From Promethearchaeota archaeon Loki_b32 (lineage in GTDB: Archaea > Asgardarchaeota > Lokiarchaeia > Sigyniarchaeales > SOKP01): a stretch of 64,000 nucleotides of DNA. The notes beneath the pieces are model-generated. The model made no database searches, had not been told where the DNA came from, and saw only the letters and a program-made list of their open reading frames with translations. The position numbers and the translations under genes are program-made. Position 1 is the stretch's first letter. Each line of letters begins with the position of its first letter. Where the stretch lies: contig NJBH01000001.1 in assembly GCA_005223125.1 (NCBI GenBank), forward strand, positions 128,001-192,000, read 5' to 3'. Below, in pieces: positions 47,920-59,118 of this stretch.

Positions 47920-49308
47920 ATGATTCATAATCCAATTAAAAATCTTAATGAGTTAAAAAAGAACGGTCGAATAATAGGGAAAGCAAATTATGTTTTCACT
48001 CCAGAGATTTCAAGCTCAATTGGTTCAATTCATGGTAGTTTATTCAAACAACGAGAATCAGTAGTAATGGGAAGGGATTATCATAACGATAGTCGTATGT
48101 TAAAAAGGGCTTACACATCAGGTTTGATGTCTACTGGAATAAATCTATTAAATCTTTCAGATTGCACTTTTCCATTATTACAATTTACAATTAGGCGCTT
48201 TGGGGCAAGTGGAGGTGTTTATTTCTCAGGCGGACATTTGTTTAGTGAAGATGTAGGAATTCGTTTCTTAGATGCTGGAGGAATTGAATTACCACAATCA
48301 GAAATTCAGAAAATAATTGAATCCTACAATAATTACCCTCAAAAAGTAAGGAGAGTTGATCCAAATGATATTGGGCAAATAACAGCAATACCTCAAACTA
48401 CAGACGTTTATATCAAATCTATTCAGCAGTTTGTTGGAAAAAAAAAAATAAAAAAGGCCAATTTAAAGATTGTAGTTGATTGTTCTTATGGACCTACTGG
48501 TAAAATAACACCGCTTTTAATCAATGATATTGGTGTTGAAGTAATTGCATTGAACACACATTATCGTGAAAGATCTTCCAGTCCAGTGCCTAGCATTAAT
48601 ACAATTAGAAATACGGCAGATATTGTAAAAGCTTCTAATAGCCATCTTGGAGTATGTTTTGATGTAGATGGCTCAAGAATATTAGTAATAGATGAAAATG
48701 GGTTAGAAATCAACTATGAAGATTTACTAATGCTTTTTGTAACCTTTGACAAAAGAATTCAAAAATCTAAAAGCAACACTATTATAACAACACCATCAAT
48801 CTCTCCTGTGGTGAAAAATTTTATAGAAGATGGTGGATTTCCTATAAAACAAGTAGAGAACCACCCTGGAGAGATCTCTAGGCAGATAAGAGAAGAACGT
48901 GCATGCTTTGCCGCAGCAGATACATTGAAATTTTATTTTCCAGAGTATGCTCCTTTTAGTGATGGAAATTTCATTCTACTGAAAATCTTAGAGATAATGA
49001 CCCTTCAAAATGATCTACTTGGTTCATTAACACGAGGATTTCCTAAAGGAACAAAAATTAATAAAACAATTCCAGTTTCGTCTGAATTAATTGAAAATGC
49101 TCATAATCGATTAATAGAACTAGCTGATGAAAAAGGGTATAAATATCATGATATAATAAATGAATTGAAGATAATTCAAGACGATATATTTACAGATATG
49201 AAAGTAGCATTATACAGAAATGCAATACTTTTATCCGCGGAATCTGATGAAAAAGAAAAAGCTCAGGAAATGATTCTTGAATTAGAAAAGATAATAAAAG
49301 AACTTTAA
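47920..49308 (+). CDS. Phosphohexomutase (PMM/PGM)-fold protein with degenerate active site
   Basis: VVMGRD, SRMLKRA, IVVDCSYG, FDVDGSR; YFSGGH where the family has TASHN. Confidence 0.8.
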   Translation: MIHNPIKNLNELKKNGRIIGKANYVFTPEISSSIGSIHGSLFKQRESVVMGRDYHNDSRMLKRAYTSGLMSTGINLLNLSDCTFPLLQFTIRRFGASGGVYFSGGHLFSEDVGIRFLDAGGIELPQSEIQKIIESYNNYPQKVRRVDPNDIGQITAIPQTTDVYIKSIQQFVGKKKIKKANLKIVVDCSYGPTGKITPLLINDIGVEVIALNTHYRERSSSPVPSINTIRNTADIVKASNSHLGVCFDVDGSRILVIDENGLEINYEDLLMLFVTFDKRIQKSKSNTIITTPSISPVVKNFIEDGGFPIKQVENHPGEISRQIREERACFAAADTLKFYFPEYAPFSDGNFILLKILEIMTLQNDLLGSLTRGFPKGTKINKTIPVSSELIENAHNRLIELADEKGYKYHDIINELKIIQDDIFTDMKVALYRNAILLSAESDEKEKAQEMILELEKIIKEL

Positions 49309-49462
49309 AATAATGATGAACCATAATTTCATAAATCTTAATTTAATTTTTGAGAAATTTATTATTTTTTATATGATAATCAATTAAAAATTTAAAAAAA
49401 AAGGACTAATTATATAATAATATAATTTTATCTTTAGAACCAAAAAAAAAGTTGATTTAATC

Positions 49463-50107
49463 ATGCAGTTTGATCCTACTTCAATAATAATACTAATAAC
49501 TTTATGTATAATTTTTGTGGTTTTTTTAATATTTGACTTATTCGAACGAAATGAGAAGGCCGGATATCTTGCTTATATAGTAGCTCTGGTACCAGTTAAT
49601 TATTTTTGGGGTATTGAAGGTGACCCACTTCTAGTATATATCATTCTCTTCAGCTTATGGATTCTTACATTATTACGGGATACGATAGGAGTATATCTTG
49701 ATAAAAATAAAGATATAAATGAAATACTTTTGTATCTTTTTCTAGCAATCATTATCCAATTGATCATTACCGCAATCATGCCAGAAGTTAATGAAGATTT
49801 ACAACTTACCACAGAAAAAATATTGTATTTCTGGGTACCAAATGTACATTCAGCGATTTTTGTTGATTTCGCTTTAGCTTTCAAAATTGTTGCTACGGTA
49901 TTTATATTATTAATAGTCGTTCCGTTAATCATTGATGTTAAAGATGAGGAAGCACCATTACCTATTGTAATAATATTTGTTGCTATTTTTATCATTCCCT
50001 TTCTGTATTTGAGCTATATCTGGGTTCCTGAAATAATGGGAGTACTAACATTTTTGTTTTCAGTGATTCTATTCATAATCTTATTAATGATAACAAAAAA
50101 AGAATGA
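49463..50107 (+). CDS. Hypothetical polytopic membrane protein
   Basis: 214 aa, about 7 hydrophobic segments. Confidence 0.7.
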   Translation: MQFDPTSIIILITLCIIFVVFLIFDLFERNEKAGYLAYIVALVPVNYFWGIEGDPLLVYIILFSLWILTLLRDTIGVYLDKNKDINEILLYLFLAIIIQLIITAIMPEVNEDLQLTTEKILYFWVPNVHSAIFVDFALAFKIVATVFILLIVVPLIIDVKDEEAPLPIVIIFVAIFIIPFLYLSYIWVPEIMGVLTFLFSVILFIILLMITKKE

Positions 50108-50230
50108 AACTAAATAAAACAAATTTTAATTTTATTTTCTTATATTTACTTTTTCTTATTATTTTTATATGTATTTCAATATGAAATTTATAAGGAATTC
50201 ATATAAAAAGTTAACATTTAATATTATATA

Positions 50231-51229
50231 ATGGCAAAAAAAAAAGGACAGTCTGATGACACTAACGAGAAAGAAATTTCTAAATCCGAATCTTCTTATA
50301 CCCTAAAAGATTTACCAGGAGTCGGTGAAGCGACCGTAAAAAAATTGAAAGACACGGGAATTTTATCTATAAGAACTCTTGCTATGTATCCAATGAGTAA
50401 GTTAATGGATGAAGCAGGTATAGGTGAAAAAACCGCTGAAAAAATAATTAAGGTTGCCCAAGATATCGAAAAAATGGGATTCAAGTCTGCAGATAAAATT
50501 TGGGAAAAAAGAAAGATGTTAAACAAATTGTCCACAGGCAGTCAGAATTTGGACGATTTATTGTTAGGGGGAATTGAACCAGGAGCCGTTACAGAAATCT
50601 TTGGTGAATATCGAACCGGAAAAACACAAATAGCCCATCAACTATGTGTTAATGTACAATTATCTTATGAAGAAGGCGGACTTGAAGGGACTGCTTTATA
50701 CATAGATACTGAAGGAACTTTTAGACCGGAGAGAATAATACAAATGGCAGTAGCAAAAGATTTGGATCATAATAATGTTTTAAAAAAAATAACTATTGGA
50801 AGAGCTTATAACAGCGACCATCAAATTTTATTAGTTAAAGAATCTCCAAAAATTATATCAGAAAAAAATATAAAATTAATTGTAGTAGATTCACTCATAG
50901 GACACTTTCGTAGCGAATATATAGGACGTGGTACGTTAGCAATTCGTCAGCAAACCATAAATACTCATTTACATGATTTATTAAGATTAACTGAAATTTA
51001 TGATGAGTTAGCGGTTATATTTACAAATCAAGTCTCTGCAAGACCTGACGTGTTTTATGGTAATCCGTTAACGCATACAGGCGGGCATATTGTTGCTCAT
51101 GGTGCCACAATACGCATATTCCTAAGAAAAGGGAAGGGAGATCAACGAGTTGCTAAAGTTGTAGATGCTCCACATATACCAGAAAGTGATACTATTTTTT
51201 CGATTACGGAGGATGGCATTACTGATTAA
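50231..51229 (+). CDS. radA: DNA repair and recombination protein RadA
   Basis: N-terminal HhH (LPGVG), GEYRTGKTQ Walker A, YIDTEGTFRPER, LIVVDS, TNQV. Confidence 0.93.
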   Translation: MAKKKGQSDDTNEKEISKSESSYTLKDLPGVGEATVKKLKDTGILSIRTLAMYPMSKLMDEAGIGEKTAEKIIKVAQDIEKMGFKSADKIWEKRKMLNKLSTGSQNLDDLLLGGIEPGAVTEIFGEYRTGKTQIAHQLCVNVQLSYEEGGLEGTALYIDTEGTFRPERIIQMAVAKDLDHNNVLKKITIGRAYNSDHQILLVKESPKIISEKNIKLIVVDSLIGHFRSEYIGRGTLAIRQQTINTHLHDLLRLTEIYDELAVIFTNQVSARPDVFYGNPLTHTGGHIVAHGATIRIFLRKGKGDQRVAKVVDAPHIPESDTIFSITEDGITD

Positions 51230-51256
51230 ATAGTACAAAGGTCTTGTTAGAAAATC

Positions 51257-51736
51257 TTAAAGATTAAGATTAACGTTAACCTCGATCCCTGCCCTAACAC
51301 TTTGTGTAACTATACAGTATTGTTCGAAAAAGCTATAACCCTCTTTTACTTGTTTTAGACATAATTTTGCTCTTTTAAGGGTTTCCGGATCTCCTATTTT
51401 CGGTTCAATATCAACATCTATTTTCTTAATTCTCCAGAATCCTTTCTCATTTCTGGTAATAATAACCTCTGCTTCAGCTTTAAAGTCATCGACCTTAAAA
51501 TCTCTTTTTTTTAAACAAAATATAAAGCTTGCGCTCAAACAACCTGTGACACTCAGGGCAAGCATCCTTGAGGGGTTTGGTCCTAACATATCAACTTCTT
51601 TCTGATGTTCTTCATCGATATAGCAATCCTTAACCTTCATGTCACCTAAATCACATTTAAAAATCATTTGCGATTCAGATTCATCTAAATTTAAACTAAC
51701 CTTTGTTTTCATTTCATTCGAAATTTTAATCACCAA
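51257..51736 (-). CDS. OsmC/Ohr-family protein
   Basis: GPNP, GCLSAS and YCIVTQS with both family cysteines. Confidence 0.8.
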   Translation of the reverse strand: MVIKISNEMKTKVSLNLDESESQMIFKCDLGDMKVKDCYIDEEHQKEVDMLGPNPSRMLALSVTGCLSASFIFCLKKRDFKVDDFKAEAEVIITRNEKGFWRIKKIDVDIEPKIGDPETLKRAKLCLKQVKEGYSFFEQYCIVTQSVRAGIEVNVNLNL

Positions 51737-51763
51737 ATCAAATTAATTTTTGGAAAATCTCGT

Positions 51764-52291
51764 TTAATTATTGGAACCTATATTCCTAAAAAGTGAGAAT
51801 AGTTCTTCTTTTTTTGATTTATCATCTTTAATTTCTTGAAATAACTTATCTATTTCAAGTAATTTTACTTTATAGTACTTTAGGTCTTCCCTGGTTTCTG
51901 AATGGATAACCGACATTTGGATTGTATCAGTATAGCCACATGCCTTTTTGACAAATTTTAAACATTGATTAACTTTTTCAAATATTAAATTATCATCAAA
52001 TTCCTTATCAACAATTATATTAATTTGCTTAATAAGCCATTCTCCACTTTCACTTTTTTTAGTTTTTAATTGTACTTTAGGAAAATCTAATTCCGCTCTG
52101 TTATTTCTCAGACAAGTTACTAAGCTAGCATTAATACAATTAATAAATGTTTTATCGTTTATTATCTGAGATGAAGTCGAAATTGCGCTAATATCTTCTT
52201 CACCAATATCTTCAAGAATACATCTAAATAAATTAGAATCATTTAAATCACAATCAAAAATTCTTATTTCCTCTTCATTCATAGCGACCAA
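51764..52291 (-). CDS. Degenerate OsmC-like paralog
   Basis: FDCDLND, ASLVTCLR, GEWLIKQINI, CL..VK..C align with the adjacent OsmC protein. Confidence 0.5.
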   Translation of the reverse strand: MVAMNEEEIRIFDCDLNDSNLFRCILEDIGEEDISAISTSSQIINDKTFINCINASLVTCLRNNRAELDFPKVQLKTKKSESGEWLIKQINIIVDKEFDDNLIFEKVNQCLKFVKKACGYTDTIQMSVIHSETREDLKYYKVKLLEIDKLFQEIKDDKSKKEELFSLFRNIGSNN

Positions 52292-52362
52292 ATTCTAAAA
52301 ATGATAATTATATAATTTAAAATAATTAGTTATTGTTCTTTGAAAAAAGTTTTACCTATTAA

Positions 52363-52971
52363 TTAAAAACTAGATTTTTTATTATTATTTTCAATTCTTT
52401 TTAAGGTAAAGTGACGATGTAAATGAAAGTATAAGCCAAGAAAATATAGTAGGATCAAAAAAACATAGTTTAAGGCAAATATCCAAATAGAGATTAGCAT
52501 TAAAATAAAAAGAAGAGTCTCTATTGCTATAGATATCTTATTATTATAATATTTTTCGTCAAAAAAGTATTCAGGGACTTTGTATTCAGCTAAATATTTA
52601 GGAAGATTTTCAAATTCATCTTTTGAAATTAGAAATTTAAAACCTATTTGTTTTTTTTGGAAGTAAAAAAAGTTCGTTCCCCAATCAATAGTATCAATAA
52701 TTATATGTATAGAATAACTAAAACCGCAAATAATTAATACTGGCCACATTAAAATATAACCAATAATAATTACGATAATACTTGGGATTATTGAATGAGT
52801 AATTAATAATCTATGATTATGATCTTTAGCAAATTTAATGAATAAAACATCGAAATCACAAAAAAATGAGAACAAAACAATCAATGAAAATTCCAGAAGA
52901 GTAAACTTAAAAAAATAGTTCAAAATGGAAGCAATAATAACACCTACAGCAAAATGACTGTTGATATGCAT
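52363..52971 (-). CDS. Membrane-bound metal-dependent hydrolase (YdjM-like)
   Basis: SH, DFD, HRLLITHS, HIIIDTID motifs. Confidence 0.7.
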   Translation of the reverse strand: MHINSHFAVGVIIASILNYFFKFTLLEFSLIVLFSFFCDFDVLFIKFAKDHNHRLLITHSIIPSIIVIIIGYILMWPVLIICGFSYSIHIIIDTIDWGTNFFYFQKKQIGFKFLISKDEFENLPKYLAEYKVPEYFFDEKYYNNKISIAIETLLFILMLISIWIFALNYVFLILLYFLGLYFHLHRHFTLKRIENNNKKSSF

Positions 52972-52981
52972 AGAAACTAAT

Positions 52982-53983
52982 TTACTCTAATTTTTGACTA
53001 TTTGATATATATTTTTTTTTTTTCAATCTTTTTAAAATTGCTTTTTTAGTTTCACAGCCAGCAGGTCCTTTTTTTTCAACTAAAAAAGAAGCAGCTGCAG
53101 ATGCTAAATAAGCCGATTTTTCAATTGATTTCCAAGATTTATCCAAATGAATAAATTCATATAGGAATATTGAAAAATACACATCTCCGGCACCGGTCTC
53201 ATCCACAACTCTTTTGGCTTTAAAAGCCGGAATTTTTAAGATGTTTTCACCTCTTTTAGTGAGCATAGAACCTTTTTCTCCCAATGTCATAATGTATATT
53301 CCGTTATTATTGTATTCATAACAGTGAGTTATTACTTCGTCAAAATCATCACATTCCCCTGCAATAAGTTTCATTTCTTCCTCTGAACCTTTCAATATCA
53401 ATCTATCACCTATTAAATCTATTATTTTTCGCATATTAGCTATGATTTCAGTATCATAAACATATTTAACTTTACCATCTTCATCAATTTTTCTAATAAA
53501 ACCTTGTAAATCTATACCTATGTATGCATCAGGAAATTTCTTTAAAATTTGAGATACATATTCATAAGAAATTTCATTACATAATGGTACAAGTACGAAA
53601 ACATCAGGAGGATTTTTAAGAAAATCTAAGGGAATATCATTAAAATCAAGATTAGGACTCCTAGATTTAAGAGTTAAAGTTCTCGTATGATCAAAGTAAT
53701 CTAAAACAAAATTTGTATTTTTTACCTTAGAATATTTAATTCCTCTCAAATTAATATTTTTGTTTTTTATTTTATCCAATAAAGAATTATTAAAATTTAA
53801 TTTACCAATATGAGAAATTATGCTTATTTTAGCGTCTCGAGTGTAAGTTCTTAAAGCTAAAGAGCAGTAGGAAACACTCCCGCCCAAACTTGGCTTGTTT
53901 ATACGCTTAAATCGTATTATATTGTCAACAGCAAAGTGGCCAGCAAAAAAAATAGAAGTATGATTTTTGTTTTGACTACTCAT
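52982..53983 (-). CDS. PfkB-family carbohydrate kinase
   Basis: GGSVSY, IDLQG, TLGEKG, DETGAGDVY. Confidence 0.9.
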   Translation of the reverse strand: MSSQNKNHTSIFFAGHFAVDNIIRFKRINKPSLGGSVSYCSLALRTYTRDAKISIISHIGKLNFNNSLLDKIKNKNINLRGIKYSKVKNTNFVLDYFDHTRTLTLKSRSPNLDFNDIPLDFLKNPPDVFVLVPLCNEISYEYVSQILKKFPDAYIGIDLQGFIRKIDEDGKVKYVYDTEIIANMRKIIDLIGDRLILKGSEEEMKLIAGECDDFDEVITHCYEYNNNGIYIMTLGEKGSMLTKRGENILKIPAFKAKRVVDETGAGDVYFSIFLYEFIHLDKSWKSIEKSAYLASAAASFLVEKKGPAGCETKKAILKRLKKKKYISNSQKLE

Positions 53984-55111
53984 TTATGAGGATTTTAATT
54001 CTTCAATGATTTTATTTTTTTCATTTATTGTTAACTTCAGCTTATTTATTTTATTTTGTAAGTCTTCAATTAACCCTGACATTGGTCCTTTATGAACAAT
54101 AGGCTGAGATTGCTGTTTCGCTTTTAGTTCTACAATTAAATGATCCTTTCCTTCTAATTGTTCTTGAAGATTTTTTATTTTTTTATCTGCCTCGTTAATT
54201 TGAGTTGTCCACGTGGCTTCTTGTGATTTATTTTGTAAGGATTTCTGTATCTGTGAAAGTTCATTTTTGAGTTCTTCATTATCTCTCTTAAGGATTTTTA
54301 ATTCCTCTGGTTCCAATTGGAATCCTCCGCTTTCAATGGTTTGTGCAAGCTCAGATTTCTCTTTATTTAATTTTTCCACTATTTTCTTATACTTATTTAA
54401 ATCTGATTGAAGATCTTGGCATAATATTTCTAATGTTTCTGATGAGGGTTTTGTCGATAGGGGTTTTATCACTGATGATTTTGGTTCTTCCACAGGAATT
54501 ACATAATCGATTGGTAATTTTTTCATCTTCTCTAATAATTCTTTGTTTAAAGATTCGTTTTCCTCAGTTAATTCACTAATTCTATTTTCTAATTCGTTAA
54601 CTTTTGTTTTCTTTTTAGATAATTCAGATTTCAAATTATCAATCAAAGCTGTCGTTATTTCAGAACCCTTCCCTGCAGTAGAACTCTCTATTTCTTTTGA
54701 TGTCGTTGAAGCTGCTTCTAATTTCATCTTTAAATCATTAATTTCGTTAATTTTAGATATTAGTTCTACTTCTTTTTCAGTTAGATTTTTTTCTAAGCTT
54801 ATTACTTTATTGTTAAGCATTTTATTTTCTTGTTGAATATCACTTACCTTTACGTTATCAACCATTCCTGCATTTTTTAATTGTTGTTTTAGACTTTTAT
54901 TTTCTTCAATAGTTTTTGTAATTATTACTTCAGTTTTGGTGATTAATTCAATGTTCTCTTTAATTTTATTTCTCAGTCGTTCATTCTCCTCTTCTACTTG
55001 TTTAATTCGCTCTATGGTTTCTCCAATAGCACTTGGTGTTTCTATTTCATTTTCCATCTTTTTTTTCCAAAGACTGATAAAATCCTCAACTTTTTCATTT
55101 TCTTCTGGCAT
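53984..55111 (-). CDS. Long coiled-coil protein
   Basis: Heptad-rich E/K/L segments separated by short Pro/Gly linkers. Confidence 0.7.
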   Translation of the reverse strand: MPEENEKVEDFISLWKKKMENEIETPSAIGETIERIKQVEEENERLRNKIKENIELITKTEVIITKTIEENKSLKQQLKNAGMVDNVKVSDIQQENKMLNNKVISLEKNLTEKEVELISKINEINDLKMKLEAASTTSKEIESSTAGKGSEITTALIDNLKSELSKKKTKVNELENRISELTEENESLNKELLEKMKKLPIDYVIPVEEPKSSVIKPLSTKPSSETLEILCQDLQSDLNKYKKIVEKLNKEKSELAQTIESGGFQLEPEELKILKRDNEELKNELSQIQKSLQNKSQEATWTTQINEADKKIKNLQEQLEGKDHLIVELKAKQQSQPIVHKGPMSGLIEDLQNKINKLKLTINEKNKIIEELKSS

Positions 55112-55168
55112 TTTACTTCAAACCATTTTTTATCGAAAACATTTAATATAGGAATTGTTTTATTTAAT

Positions 55169-56053
55169 TTATTTCATTAACACTCCTGAAAAATATCCCA
55201 CACAATATCCACTAATATTTCCAGTTTTTTCAGAACTTGTGTAATATTTTAATAATTTTCCTTTACTTGCATTTAAATTTTTACATATCATCAATAAAGA
55301 AGTTATAGTTTGAGATCCACATACAGTTGTTTTTGAAGCTGTTTCTAGCGTTTTTTCAGGGTTCATATTAACAAAAGCTTCAATTACTTGTTGATCTCTC
55401 TCCTTGAATTTTACTAATTGCTTTGTATCATATATCTCTTTATGGGTCATATCAGAAGATGCAACTATAACCACATCCTTATCGTATGATTCAATTGATT
55501 TCGCAATGTCGTTTGATATTATACTTAAAACATTAAAATCTTTAACAGCAACTTTTATTGGTATAAATTTAACACTTTTTTCTTGAGCACAGTATTTAAT
55601 AAAGGGTAACTGTACTTCGATATTATGTTCTCTTCCAAAAGGATGTCCAATGAATGCCGACTCATCGTTTATAATTTTATTACTATTATCTAATATTCTT
55701 TCAGATAATTCTTTATCAATAGATATATTCCCTAGAGGCGTTTCCCACTCTCCCTCACTCATTAAAGCAATTTTACCATAACCAATATGATCAGTGCCTA
55801 AAATAATAATCGTGTCAGGTATTTTTTCTTTAAATAAATTCAGAAAGGTATATGCTGCGGCACAACCAGAGTAAATATATCCAGCATGAGGGGACACACC
55901 ACCAATAATAGTTCTCTCGTCTTTATTTAAAGTTTTAAATTCCTCACCTGGACCAAATTCTTTATCTAAAAACGAATCTTTTATTATTTTTAGCAAATCT
56001 GGTTTGTAGCGTGGATAAAAGTGACCAGCCACAATAGCCTGTCGAGTGACCAT
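55169..56053 (-). CDS. MEMO1-family protein (AmmeMemoRadiSam protein B)
   Basis: VAGHFYP, PHAGYIYSG, WETPLG, EHNIEVQLPF, ASSDMTH, VGY. Confidence 0.92.
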   Translation of the reverse strand: MVTRQAIVAGHFYPRYKPDLLKIIKDSFLDKEFGPGEEFKTLNKDERTIIGGVSPHAGYIYSGCAAAYTFLNLFKEKIPDTIIILGTDHIGYGKIALMSEGEWETPLGNISIDKELSERILDNSNKIINDESAFIGHPFGREHNIEVQLPFIKYCAQEKSVKFIPIKVAVKDFNVLSIISNDIAKSIESYDKDVVIVASSDMTHKEIYDTKQLVKFKERDQQVIEAFVNMNPEKTLETASKTTVCGSQTITSLLMICKNLNASKGKLLKYYTSSEKTGNISGYCVGYFSGVLMK

Positions 56054-56173
56054 TTTTTTAACCCATCTCTTTTTTAATAATGCTATTAAAATTATTAATG
56101 TTAAAAATTATATAATATCATCTAATCTAAGTAAAATTGAAAGATTTATTAAATTATTTTTAATACCTCTTTA

Positions 56174-56782
56174 TTGATGAACCAGATAAACGACAAACAA
56201 ATATCTCTTGATGATATCGAAGTACCAGAAAAAATTCCTACAAAATTCATAAATAACCGAGTGATTGTTTTTAACTCACTTTTTGCGTCTTATTTATATG
56301 TTAAAGGTATCAATGGACAACGTTTTTTTGGTTCCCCATTAGGGATTAGTAAGCCGCGATTGGAGTATTTCTCAAAACCATCAGAACTATCGTTAATTGA
56401 AGCATATTATTTATTACAAAGAGAAGCTATAACAATTTTTCACGTAAAAGAAAACAAATATTTAATATCTGAAGAATTCTATGAGATTGCAAAAAAAAAT
56501 CATCATAAGTTTAAAGAAAAATACATTATCTACAAAGATTTAAGAGATAGAGGATATATTCCTAGGCCTGGACTAAAGTTCGGAGCCGATTTTGTGATTT
56601 ATCGTCTTGGTCCAGGGCTTGAGCATTCTCTTTTTATGGTTCATGTTTTACCACATGATGCTGAAATTACTGCGATTGATATGGTCAGAGCTGGTCGTTT
56701 AGCAACCTCAGTGAGAAAAAAATTTGTAATTGCCAATCCTCTTACGTGCAGTTATTACTTTTTTGAGTGGTTCAAACCTTGA
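56174..56782 (+). CDS. endA: tRNA-splicing (intron) endonuclease
   Basis: LSLIEAYYL, YKDLRDRGY, GLKFGADFVIY, HS, RLATSVRKK (Tyr-His-Lys triad). Confidence 0.9.
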   Translation: MMNQINDKQISLDDIEVPEKIPTKFINNRVIVFNSLFASYLYVKGINGQRFFGSPLGISKPRLEYFSKPSELSLIEAYYLLQREAITIFHVKENKYLISEEFYEIAKKNHHKFKEKYIIYKDLRDRGYIPRPGLKFGADFVIYRLGPGLEHSLFMVHVLPHDAEITAIDMVRAGRLATSVRKKFVIANPLTCSYYFFEWFKP

Positions 56783-56806
56783 GAAATAAGATTGGTTAAT
56801 TTATAA

Positions 56807-58627
56807 TTAGATTGTTAGACTTCTTAATCTTTTCAGTAATTTATTCTTTAATTCTTCAATTAGGTAGAAATCATCATTTTTAACAGAATGTCTAATTCTT
56901 AAAATTTCATTAATAATCTCAGAATCTAAGAAATTTTCAATTAAAATACCTTGTTCTATAAGTAATTTCCCTTCATTATAAATTAAGAGAATGATTTTAA
57001 TTAGACCCAATAATTTTTTAATTTTAGTATAATTGTCGATATCATCAAAAGCACTCTGAATTAAAAAACCATTTTTAATTAATCTTGCGAGGAAAAGAAC
57101 TAGTTGTTGATCATCAGGTAAATTTTTTTCTCCTATGAGTTGAATAATATAAGTTAATTCTTTCTCTTCTGATAATATCTCATTTACTTGTTTTCGACAC
57201 TCAATCCAATCAATATCGATCTCGGGCCAATCAATATCCCTTTCATACCACCATTCAGCGATTAATGGAGCATAATTTGAATATGAATTCATCCAATTTA
57301 TTGCAGGATAGTGCTTTAAATAAGCCAATTTTTGGTCTAATGCCCAAAATGATTGTACTAATCGCTTAGTGGTTGCGGTAACAGGTTCACTAAAATCAGC
57401 TGCAGGAGGTGAAATTGTACCAATAATAGTTAATGATCCCTTTCTCCCAATTCCTTGATGATCTGTTCCAAGTGTTTTAACAACCCCAGCCCTTTCATAG
57501 AAATTTGAAAGCTTTGATGGCAAATAAGCAGGATACCCTTCTTCTGCGGGCATTTCTTCTAACAATCCAGAGATCTCTCTAAGAGATTCTGCCCATCTTG
57601 AGGTGCTGTCTGCGAGAACAGCAACATCATATCCCATATCTCGAAAATATTCTGCTATTGTTACTCCAGAGAATAAACTAGCCTCTCTTGCTGAAACGGG
57701 CATATTTGAAGTATTAGCTATTAGAACAATACGTTCTAATAAAGGACGTCCAGTTTGAGGATTTATTATTTCAGAAAATTGCTTTAGAATATTTGCAATC
57801 TCGTTCCCTGGTTCTCCACACCCTATAAATACAACAACATCAGCATTACTCCATTTAGCTAAAGATTGTTGTATTACTGTTTTTCCTGTCCCAAAACCGC
57901 CAGGTATTGCTGTAGTACCTCCTTTTGCTATTGGAAATAACAAATCTATAACTCGCATTCCTGTAATTAATGGTTCACTAGGGTTTTCTTTCCTGGCATA
58001 AGGGCGATTTACTGTAATTGGCCATTTTTGCATCATTGAAAATGATTTCTCTTGAGAATTTATTTTCAATTTATATATTTCATCTATAATTGTATAATCA
58101 CCCTCATCAGAGATAAATGAAAGAGTGCCTGAATGATATGGAGGAACCATAATATTATGCTCAAAGTTTTGTGTTTCTTGAACAGTACCTATGATATCAC
58201 CGCTATTAATTTTGTCTTTTATCTTTCTTAATGGAATAAAATGCCACTTTCTGGTCCTAGATAAAGGAGGAAATTTAATACCCCTTTCCAATCCTCCAGA
58301 GCCAAAATTTTTAAAAACTTCTTTTAGGGGTCTTTGAATCCCATCAAAAACATTAGATATTAATCCAGGAGCTAATTCCATTGATAGAGGCTCGTTTAAA
58401 TTGATAACCTCTTCATTTAATTTTACCCTTATTGTGTTTTCATAACATTGTGCTATGATATGGTCAGAATATATTTGTATTACTTCCCCCAATATTTGAT
58501 AGTTTGATATTTTCACAAGATCATGAAGCCGAACATGATTCTCTAATCCTTTAATTTTAATGAGAGATCCAATAATTGCTGATATATAGCCTGTATTGAA
58601 TCCTTTGTTAGATTCTTCCATATACAA
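56807..58627 (-). CDS. atpA: A/V-type ATPase subunit A, second copy (GEPGNE variant)
   Basis: [40 protein letters not shown]. Confidence 0.92.
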   Translation of the reverse strand: MYMEESNKGFNTGYISAIIGSLIKIKGLENHVRLHDLVKISNYQILGEVIQIYSDHIIAQCYENTIRVKLNEEVINLNEPLSMELAPGLISNVFDGIQRPLKEVFKNFGSGGLERGIKFPPLSRTRKWHFIPLRKIKDKINSGDIIGTVQETQNFEHNIMVPPYHSGTLSFISDEGDYTIIDEIYKLKINSQEKSFSMMQKWPITVNRPYARKENPSEPLITGMRVIDLLFPIAKGGTTAIPGGFGTGKTVIQQSLAKWSNADVVVFIGCGEPGNEIANILKQFSEIINPQTGRPLLERIVLIANTSNMPVSAREASLFSGVTIAEYFRDMGYDVAVLADSTSRWAESLREISGLLEEMPAEEGYPAYLPSKLSNFYERAGVVKTLGTDHQGIGRKGSLTIIGTISPPAADFSEPVTATTKRLVQSFWALDQKLAYLKHYPAINWMNSYSNYAPLIAEWWYERDIDWPEIDIDWIECRKQVNEILSEEKELTYIIQLIGEKNLPDDQQLVLFLARLIKNGFLIQSAFDDIDNYTKIKKLLGLIKIILLIYNEGKLLIEQGILIENFLDSEIINEILRIRHSVKNDDFYLIEELKNKLLKRLRSLTI

Positions 58628-58648
58628 TTAATACCCCCTAAATTTCAA

Positions 58649-59089
58649 TTAATAAATAATTTGATGCTTACAAAATGGGCATGTGTCTACAAAATTTGGT
58701 ACTATATTACCACAATTTTCACATTTTTTAATTATTGATTTACGATATTTAAAATCAAGATTAACCGGTTTGAAGATTTTTGTTTGAGATTGCTGTAAGC
58801 CTTTTTTTCTTTTACTAGATATTTGTGCCTTTTGATTATTGATTTTTATTTTTCTTCGTCTGTCTGGAAACATTCTAGAATAAAGAGACCTTTTATTTCT
58901 CCTCAAGAAAGGTCCAATAGTAGTTAAGAAAACAAATACTACTAATAATGTTATTATTAAAGGATTGAAACCAAATTCAAGAAGGAGAAAATAGAAATAA
59001 AGTAATATACTTAAATATACAACCAGTATTATTGACCGAATAATTAGTTTTTTTCTATTTAACCTATTTTGAATTTCTTCATTAGACAT
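58649..59089 (-). CDS. Two-TM protein with basic linker and C-terminal zinc ribbon
   Basis: Two hydrophobic helices; CENCG..CPFC. Confidence 0.7.
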   Translation of the reverse strand: MSNEEIQNRLNRKKLIIRSIILVVYLSILLYFYFLLLEFGFNPLIITLLVVFVFLTTIGPFLRRNKRSLYSRMFPDRRRKIKINNQKAQISSKRKKGLQQSQTKIFKPVNLDFKYRKSIIKKCENCGNIVPNFVDTCPFCKHQIIY

Positions 59090-59118
59090 AATTCGTGGTT
59101 ATCACATTCACTTCAGTA

